A DNA stretch of 64,000 nt from Penicillus capitatus (Eukaryota; Plantae; Chlorophyta), in assembly GCA_965649825.1 (NCBI GenBank), contig OZ287713.1, positions 239,487-303,486 of the forward strand, written 5' to 3'. Under the pieces are notes generated by a model, which searched no databases, was not told where the DNA came from, and worked only from the letters and a program-made list of their open reading frames with translations. Every line of letters starts with the position of its first letter. Positions within the stretch are counted from its first letter, which is position 1. The position numbers were made by a program, and so were the translations under genes. Below are positions 24,169 through 37,700 of the stretch, in pieces.

Positions 24169-24680
24169 TTGCGAGGCATCGTGGCGACACAAGAAGACAA
24201 ATATAGAGCTGTTGAGAAACTTGAGAACGCGGGAGACGATCTACAATTACTGTCCGCGGCAATTGACGAAGCCAGATTCCTCGAAGACATTCCGGGAGAT
24301 CATCGACTATTTCTAAAACTTAACAAACACCTTTACCGTTTACCTCTAACTCTTTTCGGCCGCTAGAACTCGTTTTCGCAAACTCGAGCTCGTCGTAGAA
24401 GCGGTAGTGGTAGTAAGGAAGGACCTGATCACGAAGATGTCTTGCAGTTTAATCGACTCGGCCAAGCTTACACCTACCTCACTCGACTGACTGCTAGAAT
24501 CGAAACCTGGAGGTGCCACTGTCAAACCCCGATGCCCTCTACATGTATTTCATTTGAGGTGCGTGGCCTATTTGGGATCGTTGTCAGTGATTGGATGCGA
24601 TCGGGTTAGGGGATAACGATACGGAGCGTCCTATGTGGGCTGACAAGGGAGGCATCGATTTCGACGGTCGATCACATTGA
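24169..24680 (+). pseudogene. Decayed acyl-CoA-binding protein (ACBP) gene
   Basis: Fragments GIVATQEDK...AGDDL..L..AI.EA.FL..IPG, SKPGGATVKP and, after a 51-nt GT-AG intron (24559-24609), GDNDTERPMWADKGGIDFDGRSH*. In-frame TGA at 24488 and 24678, a frameshift near 24527-24531, and no ATG at the expected start. Confidence 0.62.
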
Positions 24681-25547
24681 AGTTTCTGCTCGACAATATC
24701 GCGTGCAAACCTTTTACATCAACTGGAGTTGGACATTCTGGATTTCTCCATAAGTTACTTCTCTTCGTTTATCGCACGTCCACCTCTGTATTAGCAAACG
24801 CTGGTAAGGCCAGCTAATGAGTGTAGAGATTTCACCTGTCCCATTTTTGCTGTTTACGTTATGTGAAGACATCAGCTGTTTCGAGGACAAGGCACATAGT
24901 CGTCGATTTTTCCTCAGATCTGAAAGCATACATGATGTTCTCTCCTAAAATTGATCATCATATCATCTGCGCTGTCACATCAGAGAGCGGACGGATGCTT
25001 CAATCTACGGCTAAAGGACATGAGAAAAAATGCGGATATCGCTAAAGTCGGTGATATACTGCCGAGGAGCATTGTGTATGTGAGAAAACACTATTGCTGT
25101 CGTTGCTATTCTAAGGCGACGAGTACTGCTACCAGTCCGTCGCTAGTTCGGTCGAACTGCGGGCTGCGATATAAACGCTAAGTACAAGGCGTTGGCGGAG
25201 TCGAGAAACGCGTTCCGTTAAGTGTGGTCAGATAAACGTCGTTCTGCATTCTGTGCATGGCTTCTACGAGTCAACATGGCGTCTCATTGGCATGGGATAA
25301 TAGAGTGAGAAGAGTTGTTTGTTGGTGGACGCTGACCGGTAGTTGACAGGATTATGTAATCAGTGCCTTTTTGCGGAAAGCCCTTTAAATTTGGACACCC
25401 CAACACAGTCTTTACAGTCTGACAACGAGCACGCTGTTTCTTATCTCCTCTTCTTGTCCATAATAAATACCTTCGCCTGCGGGAACGTATTCACCGTCCT
25501 CATCTTAAAAAGTTCTAAAAGTAAGCAAGCTGCCTCCGCTCGTCGCA

Positions 25548-25572
25548 CGAACGAACGAACGAACGAACGAAC
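25548..25572 (+). repeat. (CGAA)6 microsatellite just upstream of the giant gene
   Basis: cgaacgaacgaacgaacgaacgaac read directly. Confidence 0.9.
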
Positions 25573-25710
25573 ATCTTTCTCCGGATGGACGCGCGCGAAA
25601 CGAATCTCGTCGTCGAGCAATCCCGACTCGAGATAACGCCGTCGACGCTTCAACAGTTATTGCGTCTCGTCTAACGAGTTTTTTTGTTTGTGTAGCAGGT
25701 GCGGTTAACG

Positions 25711-28700
25711 ATGTCGCACGTGACAAAACAAAAGTGGCTGGAACTCGACGTTTTTCAGGAAGCACTAAAGGCGTCCGTTAGAGGACGTTTGACACAGGAA
25801 TATCTCGCTGCCGCTCGTAACTCTATAAAAACGTTCCTCGAGTATAACTCCGTGGAGGTCGGCTACAGTGAACTTACGGAGCGCGGATCCAAGGCCTTCA
25901 TTCGTTGCGTCATCTATGCTTACGCCGTCAGAGTGTTTCAACAAAAGGGGGAGTTGTGCGGGCCATTGGCACGCGCTCTCGAATGGTTCGTACGACAAAC
26001 GGATGCGGAGACGCAACGCGATTTTTGGGACGTTCTTCTGTTTTCGCGACAGTACGATGCATCAAAGCTTCGCGTCGCCGACGTGACAAACGGATTCTAC
26101 GACAAAGACAAAAAAGTCGAAACGCAGTGTAACAACCAGCCGGATTTAGATATCTTGTTGGATCTCCTGTCTGTCCCACAGTGTACGGGGCAGGAGATAG
26201 ATGCCATTGTGGGTCTTATCGAAATGGCATTGTACGAAATGCGCACGCATATGGTGCAAGCGGGATCGTCAAGTGACACTGGAGAGCATGACATGGTTCA
26301 GAAAGCCCTTGGAAAAGCTGTGTGTTCTACCAAGCTTCTCAGTCTTTTCTTTAACCCTTTAGTTGTGAATTCCGTTTCGCGTGGTTGTCTTTCCAGCCAA
26401 CAACATCTTAAATTCGTCGTACAGGAATCGACGCAGTTGACATGGAGCGATGGAAGAGGAGATTGTGACAGTCGCTGCACAATCGGTCCGAGAAAGAGGC
26501 CGGATGATTTGGTTGTTAATACACTAAGATCACTGTCACTTCGTAAAGATGTGATCCGTTTGATCTCGAGCCTCTCGGACGCCTATGTGTCGTCTTCTGC
26601 CTTTGCTAAATCTCAACTGCATAACAAAATCCTCGACGTCATTTTCTTTTCGGAGAATACCATGATGTTTGACGCCTTGTGCTGCAACCTCCAAGACGGA
26701 GGGATAAAAACTGACTCTTTTGTTTTGGACTGTCTTATCTATTTGTTTGAATCATCTTTTCTTTTCAGAGAACTTACTGCATTCACCGTTGGAGATTTCT
26801 ATACCTTTGTGTGTTTGAGTGTCAATAACGTTAGTCTTGCAACACCTGACAGGTTTTTTGAGACCTGTTTTAAATGCATCACACATGTCCAATCTGAAAA
26901 CAATAGAGAAAAGGAATGGTGTTTTGAGCGCCTTTCACTTCTGCGTTTTTTCTTTTCAGGCTTATGCATACCAGCTTCGAACTTTAACGTCGATGTGTTT
27001 CTTTCGCTAGGAAGTCTGTTTCTTCGCACCCATCTCGATCCGGATTTGGATCGCATGAGACAGGGGCAGAAGATCTATCCTTAACGTTCAGATCCTTTTG
27101 TCAGTACTGCCATAGAACTGCCGACTTTTGTGTTTTCCCCTGCCTACTGCATCTAGCACATGAGAACGGAGGGCATTTCTGTATGTCACTCCAGCAGTCC
27201 TGTTCTCTTGAGATAATCCTTGAATGGACAAAGCACCCCAAGGTCGACGATGCTCGCACGCTTATTGATCTCTTTCTGCGTCACAACGATGATGAAGGAA
27301 TCTGGCTTCGTCTGGCGTTGAGCTGGCTGATGAAATCTGCGAACGGACAACAAGCCTTACAAGATGCCGCAATCGATGAATCGACTTGGGCAGACGTGCG
27401 CAATCGCATCCTCAATCAGATGAGTGTCCCAAAAGGACAGAGCATCGACACAGTTCTCTGTTTGACGCGCTTGGTGTGTCTACTGCTGAATCTGCATCCA
27501 GAGATTGTTGTGCCGGCACTGAAATTGACTGCGCATGGCATCGTCAACTTCGAAATTCCTGACAATGAGTTCGATCTACTGATGGGAACCATGACAGCGG
27601 CCATATATCACTCGGATGTTGTCATACGGGAGTTGCTGTCAGATGCCTTCGATGAGGCTCTCGCCAAAGACACCCTGTCTGAGATCACTTTCTTCAACAA
27701 GCTGATCTCATTTGTGAAAAGACAGTCAGAGGACGACAGGAGGACTCTTTGCAGTATCATCAATCAGCTACTGCACAAGCTCTTTCATCTTCTCGAGAAA
27801 GATGACGACCATGTCCAGAAAGGGAATCTGACGAGACTGGTGAATCTTGGCATCGAAGACATAACAGAGAGTGGGACAGCGGCAGAGACGGAGACAGTTA
27901 TCTTCCAACATATGCATTTACCTCCGTTCTTCTCGGCAACCTTCCCGGAAGGAAAAACCATTCAAGTCGACAGTGCATCGTTGGATGGCATAAAGATGAT
28001 CGCCAGCCTGTTTAGTCGCAATCAACTGAACCTGGCGAGTTCATCCCTGAGAAAAGAGATTCTATCCACATCAGAGACAGGAGCGAGAATGGAAAGCGTT
28101 GACGGTCTCTCAGGCAGGAAGGGCACATCTCTGATCAAGACGGCTACAACTGAAGAGAATATCCAGATGATCGAAGAAGTGGTAATGCATAACCGTCCCG
28201 TTCTGCTCTACGGAGATTCGGGAGTGGGCAAAACGGCCACCTTAAAGGAATTGGCAGATCGCAAGGGTGTCGAATTGGTCCGTCTGAACATGTCTTCGAA
28301 TCTTAGCCCAGAGGACTTTTTGGCAAAGACATCGTTCGATTCCAGTGGTCAGATTGTGCTCGATGTGCAGCCCTTTGCTAGGAGCTTCGAAAAAGGCAAT
28401 TGGGTGCTGCTTGATGAAATGAATCTAGCAGAGGAGAGTACACTCAAAGTGGTCGTTGACGCACTAGAGAATGGCAAAATCGTCCTTTGCGACCGAAGCT
28501 CCGCACTAACGCCTCCACGGGTCCTGAAGAAACATCCGAACTTCAGACTGTTTGCCACTCAGAATCCGTGGCAAGCTGGCAAGAGAGAGCGAATGAGTTC
28601 AGCCTTCTTCTCTCACTTCTCTGTTATGCACTTTAAAGAGCTGCCGAAAGAAGAGTGGAATTGGATTGTGCAGTCAACACTGAGACGTCATTTTACAAGC

Positions 28701-31700
28701 ACCAGGACACATCTCATTCTGGCTGTGGCCAGAAAGATGACTGATTTTCACTGGAATGTCAGAGAGAGCATCAAAAACAAGTGCTACGAGACTGGTAGCC
28801 ACACAGTCATTACCAACCGCGAGCTATTGATGTGGACAGCAATGATATCGACTGCTGAACACCTGCCCAAGGTTGAAGCAGAGCTGGGCAACTACGCGTG
28901 GCTCATCTATGGCTGCCGATTCAAAGAAGAAGGTCGGCAGCTGGTCAGGGATATTCTGAGGGAGAGAGGCCTGTCTGTCGGCGAAGTGACTGCCTGGCCT
29001 CGCAGAGGTATCACAAGTTTTGAAAAGATGATGCAGGCATACTCTGCTCTGAGATCTGACGACAAGCAGAGGCTCCAATTAGATGCAGAAGCTCTTTGGA
29101 AGAGACACTTCTCTTCGGGACCAACACTGGATAACAACGGCAAGCAGACGATCGAGCGATGCATGTCTGTACATGGACATGTCTTGAAAGCGATTCTCGA
29201 TCCAAATTTCATCCAGTGTTACGGAGTGTACACTTCGTTTTCTGAGTACTGGCTTGTGAAATGGATAGCAGATGCGCTGCAAAAAGGATGCTTCAGAAAC
29301 GACTGTCCAAAGGAGCTGGGATTACTTGGAGCTGAGATCTACTGCTCTGCTCTCAGAAACAGACAAGCACAGATGATTGTTTTTAAGATCTTTAAGAAGG
29401 AATGGAATTTCGATCGAGACTCCGTGGAGCTTCAGAGCTTCCTCGTGCCAGAGATGCCTGTCGTAGTTAATGATCACACATGTGAACTGCTGACAGTCCT
29501 GGTCAATGCGTTGCGAAGTGAACAGCCCATTCTGATCAAAGGATGTGCTGGCTCAGGCAAAAGCTGCTTGGCCAAGACAATTGCCTTCTTACTGAGAAAT
29601 CAGTATGAACAGGTCACACTCACGTCAGAGAGTGAACCTTCCGTCATGCTTGGAGAACATCTACCAAAAGAAAACAGCCACGAAGAGGTCTCTATTGAAT
29701 GGAGGGATGGTCCATTGACAAGGTCGTTCAAAGAGGGCACCGTTTGTATTGTCGACAACATCGGTCAGGCAGAAGCAGTACTGCAAGAGAGAATCAATCC
29801 TGTCCTAGAATCTCCAAAGGTCCTTTGTCTGTCGGAGAAAGGAGAAACAAAGAGCCATCATTGTCGTATTCTGAGTGACGGAACAGTGTCCGAAGTGCCT
29901 GGCCCTGCAAAAGGATTCCAGTTCATTGCAACCTACACTCCAAAAGGCGTCGCTTCAAGGGGATATGACAGCACGTCCAATGAACTGACAGCTGCCTTTG
30001 CCAACCGATTCCTCACAGTGCATGTCGACGATCCTGGCCAGCTGTCAGATAGTCAGTTCAGATCTGTCCTGCACGGTATGCTGAAATGCTCTCTGTGCAA
30101 TGAGATCGATCGAGAGCATATCCAAGACATTTGCAGTTATTGCTTAAAAATTCGAAACTTCCAGGCCAAACAAAGCGGAGGACGGAGTAGCTTCAGACAT
30201 ATTGTCACGTTCGTGGACATCGTGACAAACTTGATGGCGCAATGCCCCAGAACGAATTTCAAAGACTGTCTGCATTCTGCTTTGATAGCAGTTTTTGCTC
30301 TCCGTCTAAAAGATTCGCGACAAAAGAAACAACTGCTCGATCATATGGGCTGTCCTTCTGATGCTATGAGTAAATTGCAGCTGCATGCCGATGTCGAGGT
30401 CGATCCAGAACTGGTGCTGACGCCCTCGAGAAAAGCCTATGCCGATGCTGTTCTGCTCGGCGTTTGCACGAACAAACCTATTCTACTCGAAGGAAAACCA
30501 GCTGTTGGAAAAACAGCTCTGATCAGTGGACTGAGGATGTTCCGTGGGCGTCGCAACCGAGTTATCGTTTTGAGCAACAGCGACACCACTGCACTGCAAG
30601 ACTATTTTGGAGCATGGATGCCTGGAAAGGCAGGGTTCCGTTACTCAAAAGGTGTCCTCATTCAAGCTATGGAGAATGGAGACTGGTTTGTGGCAGATGA
30701 GTTCAATCTCGCGCCTCTTTCCGTTGCAGCAGAGTTAATGCCTTTGCTGGAGGGATCACGCATCATTCAGATTCCAGGCACCGGCATGACGGTCAATGTG
30801 CATCCAGATTTCAGATTTTTTGCAACCCAGAATGCATTCCACGGAGGCGGAGACGGAAGAAAGCTTCTACCCATTACTGTGCGGAATCGTTTTCTGGAGG
30901 TGGATGTGGACAACTTTCAGCAAGACGAATTTGCCGACATCATCTACAAGCGATTCCAGAAGGAAGAGTATCGAGGCATTGTGACCAAGACAGACGCACA
31001 GAACCTGTCCACTCTCTACTTTGCATCTTCCGGGACCTTCCGTCTGACGATGAGAGACTTGATCAAGCTGGTTCGCAGATTCAAGCTCCTCCAAGCGGAG
31101 AATCGAAATGGAACGTCCTGGCCCGCTGTCGTCATGTCGTTGCTCAGTCCCCTGATCTCCACGGCAGACGAGCAAACGCAGCTCTTTTCACTTGTCAAGG
31201 AGGCATTCGGAAAAGCAGCAGAGAGCATTGCAAGATCCTGTATGAAGAAGTGTGTTGAAGAAACGAACCATGCACTTCTATTCTTCCAAGGACCCCTGTA
31301 TGTTTCGTTCGACGGATATAAACTCAGTCGGAGCCGTCTATGGAAACACAGCGATAGCAAGAAGGCGCCGCCCAAGATCTTTCAGGATAAACTTGTTGAG
31401 TTGGCATTCACGATAAAGGCAAAGGAGCCAGTTCTCCTTTATGGAGAATCTTCGTTCAAAACAGAACTTATCAGGACATGGTTGGAGATCTCCCAGATGG
31501 CAGACAAAACACAGATGGTACATTTGACTTCTGATTCCGAGGCTACAGAACTGATTGGCCAAGTGCACCTGGCATCGACAGTGGAAGTTCTCGAGATGCT
31601 GTTGTCCACCGGCAACCTCATTCTTAGTGAGACTGAAGAAAGACTTGCCTCGCGAGACCAAGCAGAAAAACGAAACAGTAACATTCGACTGATCAGTTGC

Positions 31701-34700
31701 CGAAATGGTCTGCCAACAAAAATTAAAGAACTCATCGAAACACTCAAAGGAAAGACGGCGATCTCGTGTGATCAGCGATCAACTGCAGCAGACAATGTAC
31801 ACTCTGGACCTTCTGAAGCTGAAGCGAGTATCCATCATCCCTCAAGTACAGAAGGTGGGCAGTCGGATGATTATTCAAGTAGTGATACGGAATGGGATGA
31901 TTCTGACGCCGAAGACCAAGGCTCCGTTCGGAGAGACGATGAATCAATAGACGCAGCCGGCACTTCTGATGCACGACACGCAGATGCAATAGCGGATCTG
32001 GAGATAAATGAGGAGAACCATGTCGAAGAGCCTGAATATTATCGACCATTTGCTCCGGTCCATGACACGATCAGACAGATCTTCTCTTTGCTGCAGAATG
32101 TGTTTGGCGAAGACATCCCCGTTGCCCTGAAACGAGCAGTTTGCCGGATGGAGCAGATATGTGCGTTTATGTCATCTGCCAATCGGATCCAGAGTCAAGG
32201 GTGCTTCGTCTTCCGTGATGGTCCATTTGTCAATGCCATCACCTTGAAGCATGTCTGCGTGATCGAGGATTATGATCGATGTCCACAGTCTGTCACTGAA
32301 CGATTGAACAGTGCACTAGAAGTAGACCCAACGTTCTCGATCCCTGAAGATGCGTCTCTCGATGGAATGGGAGCTGAGAAGTTAGATATTCCTAAGAAAG
32401 GCTATGCTTTTATAGTAACGGCAAACGTGGCGTCTTCTGCCACGAAACCGCGCCTCTCGGAGGCCACCAAGAGCAGGATCACCCGAATCCATATCCCGGC
32501 ATACTCGAATGAAGATATCATGTCGATTGTTGATGCAAATCTGTTCCGTGATCTGAAAGAGGAGTATCACAAGGATGCCCCTCTTCTGCTGGACGCCATT
32601 CGAACGATTCGATCCAAAGTCGCTAAAGAAACACACGAGAATCCATCTGCAGATTTCCGAAGAGTTCTTAGATGGGTCAGTTTCGTGACACATCATCCAA
32701 GAGATAGAATGCCTTTTGAGAGAATCATCTTACTGGGGGCCAAATACTTCTACCTCACTGGTCTACCGTTAGAGAAACAGAAGAAGATCCTTTTGACGCA
32801 CTTCAGTGATGATGTTCACAAATGGGAAGACAAGTCCATGACAGCGAAACCTGCAGATGGACATAGTACCTCCTCTTTTGCCATGAGCATCGAAGATCGA
32901 AGAGATAAAGGCGTTCGATTAGCTCGATTGCAGGGTGTGGGTCTCACACTGAGCATTCCATGTCGCACAGAGGAGTACAACGAGTGGAAACCATCTCTGC
33001 ATCCAACTCCGACTGTCATGGATAACATGGCTCGCATCTTTGCCTCTATCAGCACCAAGACACCTCTGCTGCTTGAAGGGCCGCCAGGGATTGGCAAAGT
33101 AAGAGAGTGAAGCTGAAAGGATCCAACACTTACCTGTCTATTCTTGCTCGCAGACAGCAGTGGTAATTGAAGTGGCCGGGCTTTTGGGGACAGGTGTGGA
33201 ACGCATCAACTGTTCGAGCGATACAACAACAGAGCAGCTGTTTGGGTCTGTCGTGCCGCAGTACAATGACAACCAACGTACGTTTGAGTGGATGGATGGC
33301 AAGCTCATCGAAGCAATCAAAGAAGGCAGATGGATACTATTGGATGAAATCAACCTGTTGCCACCTCAAGTATTGGAATCTCTTGTTCCCTTGCTCAATG
33401 GATCTACCGCTGATCACGGATTGGTGATTCCTGGCCAGTCGGGGGCAAACAAACCTATGATGGTGAAGGATATCTACATCTTTGCCACGATGAATCCTGC
33501 AGCCGAGGGAGGAGGCAGAACGAAACTCTCCAGATCCATCAGGAATCTCTTCACAGCTGTCGAGCTCGATCCTCAGAGTAATGATGAATTGTTTGAGATT
33601 CTGCGGAAGCTCTTCAGGGACCGCATCAGCCAAGATGTCGTCAGCGAAGACAGCATCCATCGGCTTTTTGACGTTTTTACAAAAGTGCAGTCGTTAGTCG
33701 AGATGGGAGAAATTAAAATCGCCAGTAGAAGACAGAGATTCAATCTGCGTGACCTCGTGGCCGTTAGAGATATTGTCGCCGGCAATGTCTACGATCAATT
33801 GTCGCACTACAAGATCGTTGCCACAAGTAGCTCGAGAGAGGAGCTTTCAAAGGAAGACAAAGCATCTGTGATTGATTCTGTTCTCCGCAATGCATTGCAG
33901 CTCGTTTTCAAGCACCGTTTTGAGAGCCAAGCTGCTCAAGAATGCATCCAAAATGCCATTGACGATGTCATCAAACCGCCAAAGCTCTTAATAAACGAAG
34001 AAAACAGCACGTCTATTGATACATCCGTGAACAATCTCGTTCGCATCGGAAGAGTTTACCTGAACAAGAATCCCAACCGTGCATCTAATGGATCTCTGGT
34101 GCATACGAAAGAGACAGTCGAGCAGCTTGAATTACTGGCGGCGGCAAGTCAGTCCACCAGGACTGTCTTGTTAGAGGGGCCCACATGCTCCAGGAAGACA
34201 TGTCTGGTGAAGGAACTGGCTGTCTTGACAGGCAGACCATTGTTGCTACTCTCACTACACAGAGAGTATGAGGTGTCCGATTTGATCGGACAATGGTTAC
34301 CTGCAAGGACGGATTCTATTCATGGTGAAGTACTCCAGGAATTACTGCACCTTCGCAACAGAATCGTAAAAACTGGACTTGAATTCTGTGAACATGCCTC
34401 AAAGGACAAGCAGACTGCTTTCTATCGAGTGATGAAAAAGGCACGCAGCAGCAACCTGTCCCAGGATAGAACGAAAGACCGGCAAATCTACAGATTTAAT
34501 CTGGAGATTTGTCGTGAACTTATTCAGAGACTGACTGCTGCGGTCGAGGTCCTGGAAGACACCGACCAGCAGTTTCACTCGTCCTTTCGCAACGAATTGC
34601 AGGCTCTCTCTGGCAAACTGTCGATGTTATTGGATGGGGAAGAGACTGTTGTTTTCCGATTTGTGACATCTGATCTCGTCAAGGCTCTCAAATCTGGAAC

Positions 34701-37700
34701 GTTTATTCTGTTCGACAACATCAACGCCGCGCCGCCAGAAGTGATCGAACGTGTGCTTTCACTCTTTGAAGAGGAGCCCTTCTTGAACCTCTATGAGCAC
34801 GCAGAAGGGGAGCAGTTGTCCAGAAAGGATGGCATTCATCCAGATACTCGTCTCTTTGCCACAGCGGATCTCGGAAGAATCAACACACACAAGCTGTCCA
34901 ATCCACTTCTGAACAGAATGATCAAAATCTGGCTACCCGAGATTGATTCATGGATCTCTGATGCAACATTTGAATCGCTGGAGGAACATGAAGTCGTCGA
35001 GATTCTCTCAGAGAAGTTTGCTTCGCATGCTGGAGGCAACATGGCTGCACGTCTACTCTCCTTTGTCCATGCAAGAGTCAAAGGATTTACTAAAAACTGC
35101 GAGATTACCATCTCAAAGGACTCTGGCATCAGTTTCCGTACTCTGCTTGAAGCATCCTCTCTCGTCACTTCTCTTCTGAAGAATGATCAACCTGTGTTCA
35201 ATGCCGTTGTCTGGGGAGCATGGCGAATCTATGCATCCGTCCTGGAAGATGAAGCAGATTGGAGGAAACTAAAGGAAGTCATTCAAAGTGCTTGCGAGGC
35301 GACAGCCGAAGTGCCCCCCTCCAAATTCTATGCAATTCGACAGAAGAGAGATGCAGTCGAGCCGTTCTTGGCAGAGAGTGAGAATATTCGTCTGGTCTTT
35401 GCATCCGTCGTCCACATTTCGCTTAAGATTCTGTTTGGATGCATAATGAAGATCTTGGATATGGATGTATTTGAAAGACTTGTTCTCCTGTTCCTGAATC
35501 AGATAGCAGTGAAGCTGTATCCACGAGAGGAGACGATGATCAGGCACCTCATACAAGAAGTTCCCAAAGGGGCAAGGAACGAGGCCGTGCTCAAGCACCA
35601 GTGTGAAGTATTTGGATGTGATTGTGTCAAGGAGTTCTTCAAAGCCGTCACCCACAGTGAGATGCAGAAGGTGGATTATGTCTGCAAGCATCCGCGGAAG
35701 CTGTTGTCTCTGTGCGAGCAGCTTGTTGCCAACTCCGCATACAGTGACTGGCAAAACAGACGCTTTATGATTCAAGACATATCCGTTGTACTCCAGGAAA
35801 TCACTAATCTGCTGGAAGCTGTTCCGTTACGACCTTCTCAGTCTTCAGACATCCAGAAGGTGATGGAGGTCGTGCGACAATGGCGCGCTGTGGAAGATCT
35901 CTTCATCTACTTTGACCCCCTTGAAGATGCCTCTTTTGCATCTTGTTACCAGAGGTTGCTTCAAGCGCGGAATGAATGTTCTGACACAGCAGTGAGCTAC
36001 ACCTTGGAGAAGCTGCTGTCAGAAAAAGTGTCCTCATCAGACATGAAGCTAAGACATGTCATCGTAAATCTTTTAAAGAACGACGGACATCCTGTCGAAG
36101 AGAGAAGATGGGTGGCACTGCAGCTCGCCATGACTTCCCTCAGATGGAGAACAATGTTGATGTTGGATGAACATCTTTTGACGATTCACCCCGATACAGA
36201 AACTACTGGACAGATATTGGCCCTGCAGAAACTCCTGTGCCAATCGAACATGATTGCAAACCTGCAGGAGGTCGTCCATCAGTATTTGGAAACCTTCAAG
36301 GCAGCCAAGAAAGAACGGGGAATAATTCAACAAACAAAGCAGTTTTTTGAAAAGCTCATGTGGCCCTTTCACGGTCAAGGTTATCATCGCCTTGTGGAAG
36401 AATCCGAAGAGAACATCGCTGCTGACGACGATAATGCTATTCCAGATGAGATGCGTCTCATCAAGCAGCTTGATGAGCTCATGCGTACAGATGATGCAGT
36501 GTTTTTGTTTTCCGACGAATGGGTGGCCATTGTCGAGTTTCATGCAAAACTCTTGAACGAATTGTCGCTGCGTAGAGAGAGGGAAGGAAATCCTCTGAGT
36601 CTCGACACGGCTTTCTTTGCTTGGTTGGGTTCAAGAATGGATGACGCCCGATCGCAGCATCGCTGTGCCAATGAGCTTTCACTGATATGGCTCGGTGTCT
36701 GCTTCTCAGAGTGGCGGAACCCGATTCCTTGTCAGATCATCCTGTGTACTGAAGAGAACATCACATTCGATCCGTTCAGGGGCAAAGAGAGTTCTATCTC
36801 TGCTGTCATTCTTTGCGCAGAGCTGAGTAGTAGACAAGGAACCCCAGCACTGGTATCGCTTGTTGTTTTTGAGAAGGCAGCTTCGAATGATGGCGAGAGA
36901 ACAGCTCTGACAGTACAACACCATCGCCGGGGACAGGGCGAGATTTCGCAGAACACCTGGCTGGAGAGATGGATGAAGTATCATACCGAGTATGTGATTG
37001 TGTTTCTCGGCATAAACCAGCTGCCCGAAACAAAGATGATCGCAGAACCCTTGTCGCGTTTGGGCAATTGTCTAATGGATTGTCTTGCCAAACTACAGTC
37101 ATATGACTATAATTTTTCCAGTCCTGACGTGGCAACAGCTGAAACTGTCGATGCTTGGAAGGTCTTGATAGAAGAGACAAACAAGACAAGCAAGGAAGAA
37201 GATATCTTCCAGGCATCGTTGCTCTATCATGGTATCCTGAAGCTTGATTTTGTTCTCTGTCGACTGCAGCACGGGGGCAGCGAGCAGGAGTCAGATATGT
37301 TCTCCATATATAATGATTTCCTTAGCAACCAGTCCATGTCGCAGATTAAAGCCGAAATCAACGAGAGCGTCGTGGCCATCAAGAATCTGGCAACACGAGG
37401 TGGTCGAGAATCGGCCTCCATTGCTTACAGCTTTCTCAAACAGTTTGAGGGATTAAAGAGGTTCCCCAGCGAGGATCTTGCACAGAGAGCGTCTGAAGTG
37501 GAGCGTGCCATTCAAGCAATCTACAAAGATTTGTTCTTTGTGCTAAACCTTATCCGTCCGATTCTGGGTCTTCGAGAATTCTTGATTGAGTATTCTCTGG
37601 GACATCTAGACCCAACAGATCCAGATCTGTGGACCAAGTGCAACGCTGTGACTACTTTTGTCTCCGGATCTATTGTATACTTCAATGCTTTTCTGATCGT

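Noticed and set aside
24488-24680. TGA read as Trp (two TGA codons at expected Trp positions in the ACBP-like sequence)
   Set aside because: The same segment uses TGG for Trp and also has a frameshift and a lost start, and TGA ends intact genes such as FtsHi3 at 8524. Ordinary TGG-to-TGA decay explains it.
25548-25572. CRISPR-like or regulatory array
   Set aside because: It is a simple tetranucleotide microsatellite with no spacers, in a eukaryotic context.
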